Source: a virus | Virus record (IMG/VR): IMGVR_UViG_3300028392_000030 | Coordinates: 32,001-96,000 of that record | Length of the DNA stretch: 64,000 bases | Direction: 5' to 3' (one strand) | In this document: positions 26,430 to 34,204 of the stretch, piece by piece | Layout of the letters: each line of letters starts with the position of its first letter | Position numbering within the stretch: the stretch's first letter is position 1 | Position numbers and translations under genes: made by a program | The notes under the pieces: model-generated | What the model was told of the DNA's origin: nothing | The model's input: only the letters and a program-made list of their open reading frames with translations | Databases searched by the model: none

Positions 26430-26651
26430 ATGAAACCAGTTACTCTCAGTCGCGGCACCCAAATTGACCTTGAAAAATGTGTTGGTTTAGCTGACTCACG
26501 TTATGACATGGTCATTGCTGTGTCGCAACGCCTGCGTGAACTCAAACGCCGAGCCAGAGAAACCGGTGCGTATGTTACTGCTGTTGATGCCTTGTTGGAA
26601 ATGCAAGAAGGAAAAATTGATATGATTCGATACATGTCCAAAGTGAAATAA
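26430..26651 (+). CDS. rpoZ: RNA polymerase omega subunit-like protein
   Basis: SRYDMVIAVSQRLREL and AVDALLEMQEGKID match the omega pattern (NRFDLV..A.RARQL...ALREIEEG); own promoter and AGGAG SD. Confidence 0.65.
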   Translation: MKPVTLSRGTQIDLEKCVGLADSRYDMVIAVSQRLRELKRRARETGAYVTAVDALLEMQEGKIDMIRYMSKVK

Positions 26652-26653
26652 TG

Positions 26654-27085
26654 TCACTTGTAGATGTAGTTGATGGTGTCGCGGTTTTCTCTCAATTCTC
26701 GAGCGCCGTTTTTCAAATGAAAGCGTCGAGCCATTTCGGTCTTAGGACTCAATGTCACGTAGGTTTGAATCTCTGGAAACTCTGATTCAATTGACCGTTG
26801 AGCTGCTACAATAAGGTCTCGACCGGCCCCGGCTGTGTAACTCCAGATAGTATAAAATACCGCGGTTGTTGCACCACCAATTATCACAACCAAATCATCA
26901 ACTGCTGAAGGAATTGTTTCTAAGAATTTAACACAGGTAACGGCTAATGTTTGATCACCATCCTTTAACATGTAAATTCGACTGTTTGAGTTTACACGTT
27001 CCGACAAGGGTATCTCTGGGCGCACCGGATCGTCCTTGATAAGGCTAGCAAGATCGTCTGATATGGTGGTGATTGTGTGTAACAT
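26654..27085 (-). CDS. Hypothetical phage protein, possibly GNAT-like
   Basis: IKDDPVRPEI, FYTIWSY..GAGR, VTLSPKTEMARRFHLKNGA. Confidence 0.7.
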   Translation of the reverse strand: MLHTITTISDDLASLIKDDPVRPEIPLSERVNSNSRIYMLKDGDQTLAVTCVKFLETIPSAVDDLVVIIGGATTAVFYTIWSYTAGAGRDLIVAAQRSIESEFPEIQTYVTLSPKTEMARRFHLKNGARELRENRDTINYIYK

Positions 27086-27146
27086 TATATACGCCGTTTA
27101 TGTTTTATAAATTTATTTATCAAATTATGTGTGACAGTAAAATTAC

Positions 27147-27236
27147 GGAGAGTTGGGTGAGCGGCTGAAACCAACGGTCTACTAAACCGTCATAGTGGCA
27201 ACACTATCGTGGGTTCGAATCCCACACTCTCCGCCA
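27147..27236 (+). tRNA. tRNA-Ser(ACT), rare A34 anticodon
   Basis: GGAGAGT/ACTCTCC-G-CCA; ACGGT-CTACTAA-ACCGT; long variable arm ATAGTG-GCAA-CACTAT. Confidence 0.9.
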
Positions 27237-27239
27237 ATT

Positions 27240-27317
27240 AGGACCTTAGCTCAGTTGGATTAGAGCATGGAGCTTCTACCTCCAGGGTCGTGGGTTCGAA
27301 TCCAGCAGGTCCTACCA
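27240..27317 (+). tRNA. tRNA-Arg(TCT)
   Basis: TGGAG-CTTCTAC-CTCCA; CCA. Confidence 0.9.
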
Positions 27318-27451
27318 GATAAACCCTATCAGTAAACCTAGACCAAATGCAACTATACCAAGTAAAATCATTATTGTGGCATACCAGCCAGTATGATCGA
27401 TGTAATATTCAGGCTGTTCAAATTTGGTGTGGTATCCTGTGTTGTCATAGT
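27312..27451 (-). CDS. Small membrane protein, antisense within the tRNA cluster
   Basis: Hand translation MKIYYDNTGYHTKFEQPEYYIDHTGWYATIMILLGIVAFGLGLLIGFIW; TAAATA 5 nt upstream on the minus strand. Confidence 0.55.
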
Positions 27452-27505
27452 AAATTTTCATTATGATATTTATGGATAGGGTTTGTGACAAATAAGTAGT
27501 AATAC

Positions 27506-27579
27506 GCCCTTTTAGTTAAATGGTATAACAGTTGATTTGTAATCATCAATTGGCAGTTCGATTCTGTCAAGGGGCACCA
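27506..27579 (+). tRNA. tRNA-Thr(TGT)
   Basis: GCCCTTT/AGGGGC-A-CCA; loop TTTGTAA. Confidence 0.92.
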
Positions 27580-27608
27580 AAAATATTTTTATAAAGGAAA
27601 TTATAACA

Positions 27609-28457
27609 GTGAACTCTGTTGTTAAAAACTTAATAGCATCCTACAACGCTATTAAAGACGAGTCGTGGCCCGATTGTGTTAGTTATGCTGAGTTGGAACA
27701 GTTACCAAAACACATCATTGATGAATGCAGAGATGTTCACGGATTTGATTTTTTGATTAATAGAAGCCAATTAAAATTGTTGAATCCATATTATCCAGGT
27801 GTTCCTTTTGAAACGTATCCTGATCTTGACAATAGATTATCTCAACATTTTGATTACATATACGATTCTTATTTCCCATTTTCAATAAGTCCTAGATTTT
27901 TTTACCAAAGCGGTATAAAATTTACCTTAAGAGATACCTACTGGTATATTGATCAATTATATAAATCAAACCCGACATCGGTAATCGATCTAGGTTGCGG
28001 AGAAAATGGGTTTAAAAATTGGTTCCCACACATATTTGGTGTAGATCAAGCTACTAATCCGTGGAGTCAAGCCGATCTCATTGGCGATGTAGATGATAAG
28101 TTTTTTAAAGAACATCAAGGCCGATATGATTGCGGAATGTGTATTCATGCTGTATTTTCTGGTTGGCACCGTTTTACAGATCTTATACATTCAATGATGG
28201 GTTTGGTTAACAATAGTTTTTTCTTTGCTTGTCCAATAATTACTGAAACATTTAACGATTTGCCGCTTGAGTTAAAGTCTAACTTTGATTTAATGATAAC
28301 AACACTTATTGATAGAATTTATAATTCAGGCTATGAAGTAACCCTTTTAGATTTCCCTGACTACTTAACATTAAATTGGGATACAAGTTGGCAAGGTGTA
28401 TCATACCGACGGGCACCCCATTCTAATTTAAGATTCATGTTAAAACATAAGAAGTAA
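27609..28457 (+). CDS. SAM-dependent methyltransferase-like protein
   Basis: VIDLGCGEN motif I; N-terminal YNAIKDESWP motif. Confidence 0.6.
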   Translation: MNSVVKNLIASYNAIKDESWPDCVSYAELEQLPKHIIDECRDVHGFDFLINRSQLKLLNPYYPGVPFETYPDLDNRLSQHFDYIYDSYFPFSISPRFFYQSGIKFTLRDTYWYIDQLYKSNPTSVIDLGCGENGFKNWFPHIFGVDQATNPWSQADLIGDVDDKFFKEHQGRYDCGMCIHAVFSGWHRFTDLIHSMMGLVNNSFFFACPIITETFNDLPLELKSNFDLMITTLIDRIYNSGYEVTLLDFPDYLTLNWDTSWQGVSYRRAPHSNLRFMLKHKK

Positions 28458-28465
28458 CAAAAATT

Positions 28466-28666
28466 ATGACATTGAACGATTTACAAGAACGAGATGTAGC
28501 AGTGATTACCAGTGTTGCCAATGAACGGTTGCAACAAATGGGCATTGTTGCTGCGCAGACTGTGACTGTGTTAAGACGCATGGCCTGTTGTCTTCACATA
28601 CGTGTGGGTTCAACTGAATGGGCCATACGTGATCAAGATGCTAGAGCAGTAAAAATTGTCAGATGA
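28466..28666 (+). CDS. feoA: FeoA-like protein
   Basis: TL.DL....A.I....ERL..MGI..G/A..V.V.R and IRVG...AIR pattern. Confidence 0.75.
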   Translation: MTLNDLQERDVAVITSVANERLQQMGIVAAQTVTVLRRMACCLHIRVGSTEWAIRDQDARAVKIVR

Positions 28667-28675
28667 GCTATTAGT

Positions 28676-29296
28676 ATGCATGTCAAACTCAACTTACCGC
28701 CACCATCAAATGCCGTAATTGAACAGATCAAAGCATGGGCCAATTCTGTTCAATTTGATCCTAGTAAAAAACAATGGCTTGAACAATTTCACAATGGTGC
28801 TATAACTGCACCTTTGCATTTGCTAGGAGTCAAAGACAAAATTATATCTGAACAGATGATTTTGGAGTTTCAAAAATTCTTTCCAAAGCACACAATTACA
28901 TCAACTGTTTGTATTATGAAAAGCCATGACAATATTCCGTCCTGTTTGCCACCACACATTGATCGAGGGCGAGCACTGGGTATCAATTATTTTGTTGAGC
29001 TGGGCGGGGATCGCGTTGAAACAATATTTTATAATTTTACAAAACAAGCAAAAGATTCAGAGGCCTCTAATATTCCATTTGATCAGACCGGTGGCATTCG
29101 AACCAAAACAGTATTTACACAAGGCTGGCATGCATTTGCGGCCGACCAATGTCATGCTGTTGATAACCTTACCGCAACTAGAATATTTACAACCATCAGA
29201 ATACTGACCAGCGACGCCGAAACAGAAGTCAACTACAATCTTGACAGTTTCATAAAAGATTATCCAGAATTAGTTGAGTTTCAACTGACAAGCTAA
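28676..29296 (+). CDS. Fe(II)/2OG oxygenase-like (DSBH) protein
   Basis: PPHIDRGR..GINY (HxD) and distal CHAVDN. Confidence 0.6.
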   Translation: MHVKLNLPPPSNAVIEQIKAWANSVQFDPSKKQWLEQFHNGAITAPLHLLGVKDKIISEQMILEFQKFFPKHTITSTVCIMKSHDNIPSCLPPHIDRGRALGINYFVELGGDRVETIFYNFTKQAKDSEASNIPFDQTGGIRTKTVFTQGWHAFAADQCHAVDNLTATRIFTTIRILTSDAETEVNYNLDSFIKDYPELVEFQLTS

Positions 29297-29346
29297 ATAA
29301 ATCTAGCAACGCCGGGTTCATCCGACGTCGGGTTTCGCAACGAAAC

Positions 29347-29451
29347 AGACGCTTGACATAGTGATGTCTTTACTGTAGAATATACTACAGAACGCCAAAA
29401 AAGACGCTTGACATAGTGATGTCTTTACTGTAGAATATACTACAGAACGCC
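29347..29451 (+). repeat. Perfect 50-nt direct repeat x2 (29347-29396, 29402-29451)
   Basis: AGACGCTTGACATAGTGATGTCTTTACTGTAGAATATACTACAGAACGCC twice, separated by AAAAA. Confidence 0.97.
29353..29436 (+). promoter_or_regulatory. Two tandem sigma70-like promoters inside the repeat
   Basis: TTGACA-N17-TAGAAT in each copy. Confidence 0.6.
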
Positions 29452-29538
29452 TACCGTAAGTAGAGTTCTCTACCAGCAATTATAATTGTGTAATTAAACA
29501 GTCAGGTGTATTGACTGCTACTTTTGGTGTGGAGAAAT

Positions 29539-30210
29539 ATGATTAAGTGTCATCAAATAATGAATCATTTGCCGCCGGTGCCTGACCATTTTGTGCAACA
29601 GGCACTGAGCATTGCAAATGCTTGGCAAAACAATCTCGATAATCTAATCACCGGCGCTGGGAGTATACAGTCCAAACCTCCTGCTGTCGACAACGATGGT
29701 AAGAAATACAGCGGCAGAAATATTCCTAGAATTTTTATCGGAAAGCAATGGGAAGAATGGGTCAACAACAATATTTCTGACTGTTATATCAACACAGGTG
29801 TAGCACAAAGTTTGTTGGTGCCACAGGACGGAGTAGAAGACACACAAGCAACATCGCTGCACAATGACACAGAAAGAAAATTTTGTTTGTTCTACCTGGT
29901 CAAGAAAGACAATGACGATCAATGGACACGATGGTATTGTCTTAAAGACGGACCGTTGATTCCAGCTAAAAAACAAGTTTATGCCTTGCAAAAAAATACA
30001 ATAGATCAAATTGTCAGCACAACCGGAGAGGAATTCCAGTTGATTGATGAAATTGTTATGCCATTGTATACCTGGGTGTATGCCGATGTAAGAATTCTTC
30101 ATCAGGCCACCAACCATCAAGGCCAACGCATTGCCATACATGTGAGTTTCAATGAAGATGTGTTTGGCCTGTTTGATCGTACCGACAAAACAAACAAGGA
30201 AGTGGTATGA
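29539..30210 (+). CDS. Fe(II)/2OG oxygenase-like paralog 1
   Basis: LHNDTERKFCLFY, ILHQ; GGAG SD. Confidence 0.65.
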   Translation: MIKCHQIMNHLPPVPDHFVQQALSIANAWQNNLDNLITGAGSIQSKPPAVDNDGKKYSGRNIPRIFIGKQWEEWVNNNISDCYINTGVAQSLLVPQDGVEDTQATSLHNDTERKFCLFYLVKKDNDDQWTRWYCLKDGPLIPAKKQVYALQKNTIDQIVSTTGEEFQLIDEIVMPLYTWVYADVRILHQATNHQGQRIAIHVSFNEDVFGLFDRTDKTNKEVV

Positions 30211-30850
30211 TTAAATGCCATCATGTCATGGATCATTTACCAGCTGTTCCTAAGCATTTTGTTCAGCAGTCCATATCAATTGCTGAAAATTGGCAAGAAA
30301 ATCTTGTGGATCACCCTGTATTAAATTCTACCTTGGAACCCAGTATCAATCCCAGATTGATAGTCAACAACAACGGGGATTACGAAACATTGAGATGGAT
30401 TCCAAGATTTCAACTTGACAACGAATGGGAACAATGGGTTGGAGAAAATATTTCAGATAAATTCACCGACACCGGAGTGGCATCTAGTGTGGTAGTTCCT
30501 AGCGACGCATATAAAGATTCTGGCCTATCATCAATTCACAGTGACAAAAATAGAAAATTCGCATTGTTCTACACAATAAAGCAAGGCAATGCTGATCAAT
30601 GGACTCGATGGTATCATCAGTCAGGCCAACCATTGCGTAGACCGCTTGCTATCACATTGACCGGTCAGCAAGGCATAGAGAAAATTGACCAGGCCTACAT
30701 GCCATTGGTAGAGAAAATCGACCAAGCCTACATGCCATTGAACTCATGGGTATATTGTGAAACCGGTATACTACACCAAACTGGTAACCATCAAGGCGAA
30801 CGCATTGCCATACATGTGAGTTTCAATGAAGATGTGTTTGGCCTGTTTGA
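30112..30850 (+). repeat. 65-nt near-perfect repeat (30112-30176 and 30786-30850)
   Basis: One mismatch; encodes NHQG.RIAIHVSFNEDVFGLF in paralogs 1 and 2. Confidence 0.95.
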
Positions 30851-30869
30851 ACACAACAATCAACCCTAA
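30207..30869 (+). CDS. Fe(II)/2OG oxygenase-like paralog 2
   Basis: IHSDKNRKFALFY, ILHQ. Confidence 0.65.
   Translation: MIKCHHVMDHLPAVPKHFVQQSISIAENWQENLVDHPVLNSTLEPSINPRLIVNNNGDYETLRWIPRFQLDNEWEQWVGENISDKFTDTGVASSVVVPSDAYKDSGLSSIHSDKNRKFALFYTIKQGNADQWTRWYHQSGQPLRRPLAITLTGQQGIEKIDQAYMPLVEKIDQAYMPLNSWVYCETGILHQTGNHQGERIAIHVSFNEDVFGLFEHNNQP
30676..30741 (+). repeat. In-frame 33-nt tandem duplication
   Basis: EKIDQAYMPLV-EKIDQAYMPL. Confidence 0.9.
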
Positions 30870-30879
30870 AAGGACACAT

Positions 30880-31521
30880 ATGACTAAATGCTATCAAATC
30901 ATGGACCAACTGCCGGCAGTGCCCGAGCATTTGGTACAGCAGGCTCTGACTGCAGCTCGCAAGGCCAAACAGGATTGGTACGATCCAGACAAAAGACCAC
31001 CTGTGGTCAATACCGGCGGTTCCGGCATTGTGTTTGGTACCAAAATAGTGTATGATCAAGATGATCAACCAATTGTTACCAGAAGCAATCCGAGATTTCC
31101 TCTAGACGATGAATGGAACACCTGGGTGCGAGACAACATTGCGCCAGTAGTGGTCGAGTCTGGAGTCAGTGTGTGTCTCATGCCCAGAGCCGACGACACA
31201 GAAACCACCATGGGCGGGCCACACACAGATACCACTAGAAATTTTGCCTTGTTGTATCTAATAGAAAAAGGCAACGATGATCAATGGACTGAATTCTATC
31301 AAGAAACAGGAGAGGATGTATACCGACCTTACAACTGTAGGCCAACCCAATTGGCCAAGTTGACCTTGATCGACCGAGTATGTGCCCCACTACACAAATG
31401 GCTCATGATCGATGGTAGAATTTTACACGCACAAAAAAATATCTCCAAGGATCGTATTGCCTTGCAAGTCAGTCTTGCGTATGATCCATACAATGTGTTT
31501 GACCGTCCAGTAGTGGATTAA
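30880..31521 (+). CDS. Fe(II)/2OG oxygenase-like paralog 3
   Basis: PHTDTTRNFALLY, ILHA. Confidence 0.65.
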   Translation: MTKCYQIMDQLPAVPEHLVQQALTAARKAKQDWYDPDKRPPVVNTGGSGIVFGTKIVYDQDDQPIVTRSNPRFPLDDEWNTWVRDNIAPVVVESGVSVCLMPRADDTETTMGGPHTDTTRNFALLYLIEKGNDDQWTEFYQETGEDVYRPYNCRPTQLAKLTLIDRVCAPLHKWLMIDGRILHAQKNISKDRIALQVSLAYDPYNVFDRPVVD

Positions 31522-31540
31522 CATTTAAAAAGGAAAACGT

Positions 31541-32452
31541 ATGAACTTGAGAATTTTGTTTGCAACTGTATTGTTTTGTGTTTCTCTCAATGCTTTGGCC
31601 GCAGAATATCGTGCCATGCTGCCGTGGCCAGTTGGCTCACTGTCTGATACCGTGCTGAGAAAAATTGCCGAAACATTCAAGAACAACACTGGCGATACCA
31701 TTGTGGTAGAAAACGTACCAGGTGCCAGTGGATTGATCGGAACCGAACGCTGGAAAAGCAGCAGAGATATAGAAATATATCTAACTACAACCTCGTCACT
31801 GGTTGCAGACCCGGTGATACGACCTGAACAATTGACTTACACCGACGATGATTTTGACCTAGTGCTAAACATCTTCACTGGAACAGGAGTATGGGTAACT
31901 AGGCCCGATACCAATATCAAACGTCCAGCAGACTTGATAACTCGCATGCCAGATCTAGTCGGCGGCTACAGTCCATACTGGGATTTAAATACGCAGGCCA
32001 TGGCCCAACATACACGTCAGCCGATAGAGATAGTGAACTACAAAGGTACACCCGAAATCCTAAGAGCAATTATGGGCAAAGAAATAGACCTGGCCTTGAT
32101 AAGCAATGGTCCTAATGTAATGTCGTTAGTCAAGGCTGGAAAAATACACATTGTAGGCAGCACTTACCACACCGATCTAGTGCTGGATGGAATACCATTG
32201 CTGTCTGTGAGTAAGCACACAGGAGCCCCAGGATTCAACAGTTTTGTTGGACTAGCCCTTAAACCCACACTGGACCCAGTGAAAAGTGCTTATCTTAAAC
32301 GAGAACTATGGCGAGCTGTAAATACTGCTGAGATGAAAACCACTATAGAATCTTTTGCCGGAGTAGCCGATTCAACCAACAACAAGCAACAAATGTGGCA
32401 ACAAATTACCTCGTTGAGAGAACGTGTTAAAAAATTCAACGTTAAAAAATAA
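31541..32452 (+). CDS. Bug/TctC-type tripartite tricarboxylate transporter substrate-binding protein
   Basis: Signal peptide; VVENVPGASGLIG, VNYKGTPE..AIMGKEID. Confidence 0.85.
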   Translation: MNLRILFATVLFCVSLNALAAEYRAMLPWPVGSLSDTVLRKIAETFKNNTGDTIVVENVPGASGLIGTERWKSSRDIEIYLTTTSSLVADPVIRPEQLTYTDDDFDLVLNIFTGTGVWVTRPDTNIKRPADLITRMPDLVGGYSPYWDLNTQAMAQHTRQPIEIVNYKGTPEILRAIMGKEIDLALISNGPNVMSLVKAGKIHIVGSTYHTDLVLDGIPLLSVSKHTGAPGFNSFVGLALKPTLDPVKSAYLKRELWRAVNTAEMKTTIESFAGVADSTNNKQQMWQQITSLRERVKKFNVKK

Positions 32453-33604
32453 ATGATAATTTTAGAAAACGACAAAAATTATTATGAGCAAATAATTGCC
32501 AGTGAGTCGTCTACTGCTGATGTGGCATATACTATAAATGGTCAACGTGCAACCAATCGTCTCGAAGCAATAGAACTGGCCAACTATGATACTGGTAAGA
32601 TAACTTATAGCTGGTTAGAAAATAGATTTGATCAAGTCAACTGGACTGTGGAGCCTGAAACATGCCTGAATGATCTTGTGGACCGTCATGTAATGAGCAT
32701 ACGAGGTCTATATGATCATGTGGCTCTGCATTGGAGTGGTGGGTACGACAGCTATACTATACTAAAGGCTTTTTTAAGAAACAATGTCAAGATTGATGAA
32801 TTGATAATTTATTCAAGAGATTGGTGGAACAAAGGTCAATTGAACTTTGATAATCAAATGGCCATCGACTCGGCAAATTTTGTAAAGACACACTGGATGC
32901 CCGATTTAAAAATCACCCAGATTCGATGGGGTGATAAAAACATGTTGGTCAAGCACTTTAACAAGAACAAACTGGACTGGATCTACAACAATGGTGGCCA
33001 GTCAAAAATAAATCAAAATAGTCGTGCTATTTTAGGCACACAAAACGATGATGTGCGGAGGACCCAGGACCGGACCGGTCGCAGTATACAATTAAATGGC
33101 ATTGATAAACCTCGTGTTAATCTCAGAGATGGCCAATGGTACTCTGTGAGGAGTGATTCATGTGTGTTCCAAGAAGCTGACGACTGGAGTTTACATTTTT
33201 GGTATCTACCAGACCTATACCTAAAACAAACTTGGATGATGATACGTTGGCTAGAAACTCTCAAACAAACGTCTCATGAATTTGTGCATCAATTACAAGG
33301 ACACGGAATAGATGATTTTCTATATATGCAATGGAATTTGGCATTGGACAGAGAATTACCACTGTTTCCATATCTACGCGGGCTCACTGCAAAAAACTTA
33401 TTTGTTGGCTCTAGGGCCGAAGAAACCACAGATCTAATTAACAATATACAACTGTCTGACCCAGAAGTATATCATTGCTGGCTCACCGGTGTTGAGCAAA
33501 TTGAAACAATATTAGCCCGGGTAAAAAGTATAGGAAAGCCAAATGTGATCATGAGCAAAGAATACTTTGTAAAACCTTTTGATCTGCAAGCAACAGCACC
33601 GTAA
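32453..33604 (+). CDS. PP-loop ATPase / asparagine synthase-like protein
   Basis: LHWSGGYDS; GIDKPRV. Confidence 0.6.
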   Translation: MIILENDKNYYEQIIASESSTADVAYTINGQRATNRLEAIELANYDTGKITYSWLENRFDQVNWTVEPETCLNDLVDRHVMSIRGLYDHVALHWSGGYDSYTILKAFLRNNVKIDELIIYSRDWWNKGQLNFDNQMAIDSANFVKTHWMPDLKITQIRWGDKNMLVKHFNKNKLDWIYNNGGQSKINQNSRAILGTQNDDVRRTQDRTGRSIQLNGIDKPRVNLRDGQWYSVRSDSCVFQEADDWSLHFWYLPDLYLKQTWMMIRWLETLKQTSHEFVHQLQGHGIDDFLYMQWNLALDRELPLFPYLRGLTAKNLFVGSRAEETTDLINNIQLSDPEVYHCWLTGVEQIETILARVKSIGKPNVIMSKEYFVKPFDLQATAP

Positions 33605-33611
33605 GAACTCC

Positions 33612-33908
33612 GGTTGACCATTAATGCCCGTTCAGCTATAATATGGGTATGAACTTAAAAACAGACGATATTTTACAGTGGACTGGAGCAGTGTTTATCA
33701 TAGCAGGGCATGGTCTCAATGCCGTGGGTCCTGCGGCTTATCCTTACAATATACTTGCCTTCTTTTTAGGCACAATCCTGTTCATGGCATGGAGCATCCG
33801 TGTTGCAAATAAACCACAGTTGTTGGTCAATATTGTAGCCCTTGCAATTGGGTTTACAGGGCTGGTAAAAGCATTTGGTTGACCATTAATGCCCGATTCG
33901 CTATAATA
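33612..33908 (+). repeat. Duplicated promoter (33612-33643, 33877-33908) flanking one gene
   Basis: GGTTGACCATTAATGCCCG-N4-GCTATAATA twice. Confidence 0.85.
33649..33882 (+). CDS. Small membrane protein
   Basis: Three hydrophobic segments; leaderless start. Confidence 0.7.
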   Translation: MNLKTDDILQWTGAVFIIAGHGLNAVGPAAYPYNILAFFLGTILFMAWSIRVANKPQLLVNIVALAIGFTGLVKAFG

Positions 33909-33936
33909 CTTGTATAGAAACTAAAAAGGAGCAGAC

Positions 33937-34203
33937 GTGAACATCAGCACACTAGAAGCCTATGTGGCCCAAAAGAATACCTGGGCTAAGATTTGGAATA
34001 AACGCGAATTGAGCCTACTCAATGCCAAAGATCGCCAGACCATTGCCAACAGTATCGACAGCGACATGAGTCCTGAAAATCTTACCTGTGATGGCGAACT
34101 GCCTCCTGCAATGGTGCGTGACAAGATGCGCCGTTTGACCCGTTGTGCCGAAGAATTGCTCAGACTTGATCCTACTGTCAGTTTCTACGAAATGGGTGTA
34201 TAA
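33937..34203 (+). CDS. Hypothetical protein
   Basis: AAGGAG SD; LSPENLTCDGE-type motif. Confidence 0.7.
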   Translation: MNISTLEAYVAQKNTWAKIWNKRELSLLNAKDRQTIANSIDSDMSPENLTCDGELPPAMVRDKMRRLTRCAEELLRLDPTVSFYEMGV

Positions 34204-34204
34204 C

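Larger units (their letters stand above)
29303..29520 (+). ncRNA. Structured leader / hairpin array with AACGCC and AGACGC linkers
   Basis: Serial hairpins CGGG/TCCG, GTTTCG/CGAAAC, GACAT/ATGTC, CTGTAG/CTACAG, CTAC/GTAG, CAGTCAG/TTGACTG; follows TAAATA at 29294. Confidence 0.45.

Noticed and set aside
27147-27236. Amber suppressor (CTA) reading of the Ser tRNA
   Set aside because: The 5-bp stem ACGGT/ACCGT encloses a 7-nt loop whose central triplet is ACT; CTA occupies positions 32-34
29347-29451. Possible CRISPR mini-array
   Set aside because: Only two copies, a 50-nt unit, a 5-nt spacer and no cas genes; the unit contains promoter boxes
30112-30850. Diversity-generating retroelement TR/VR pair
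   Set aside because: The single difference is C/G rather than adenine-specific, and no reverse transcriptase is in the window
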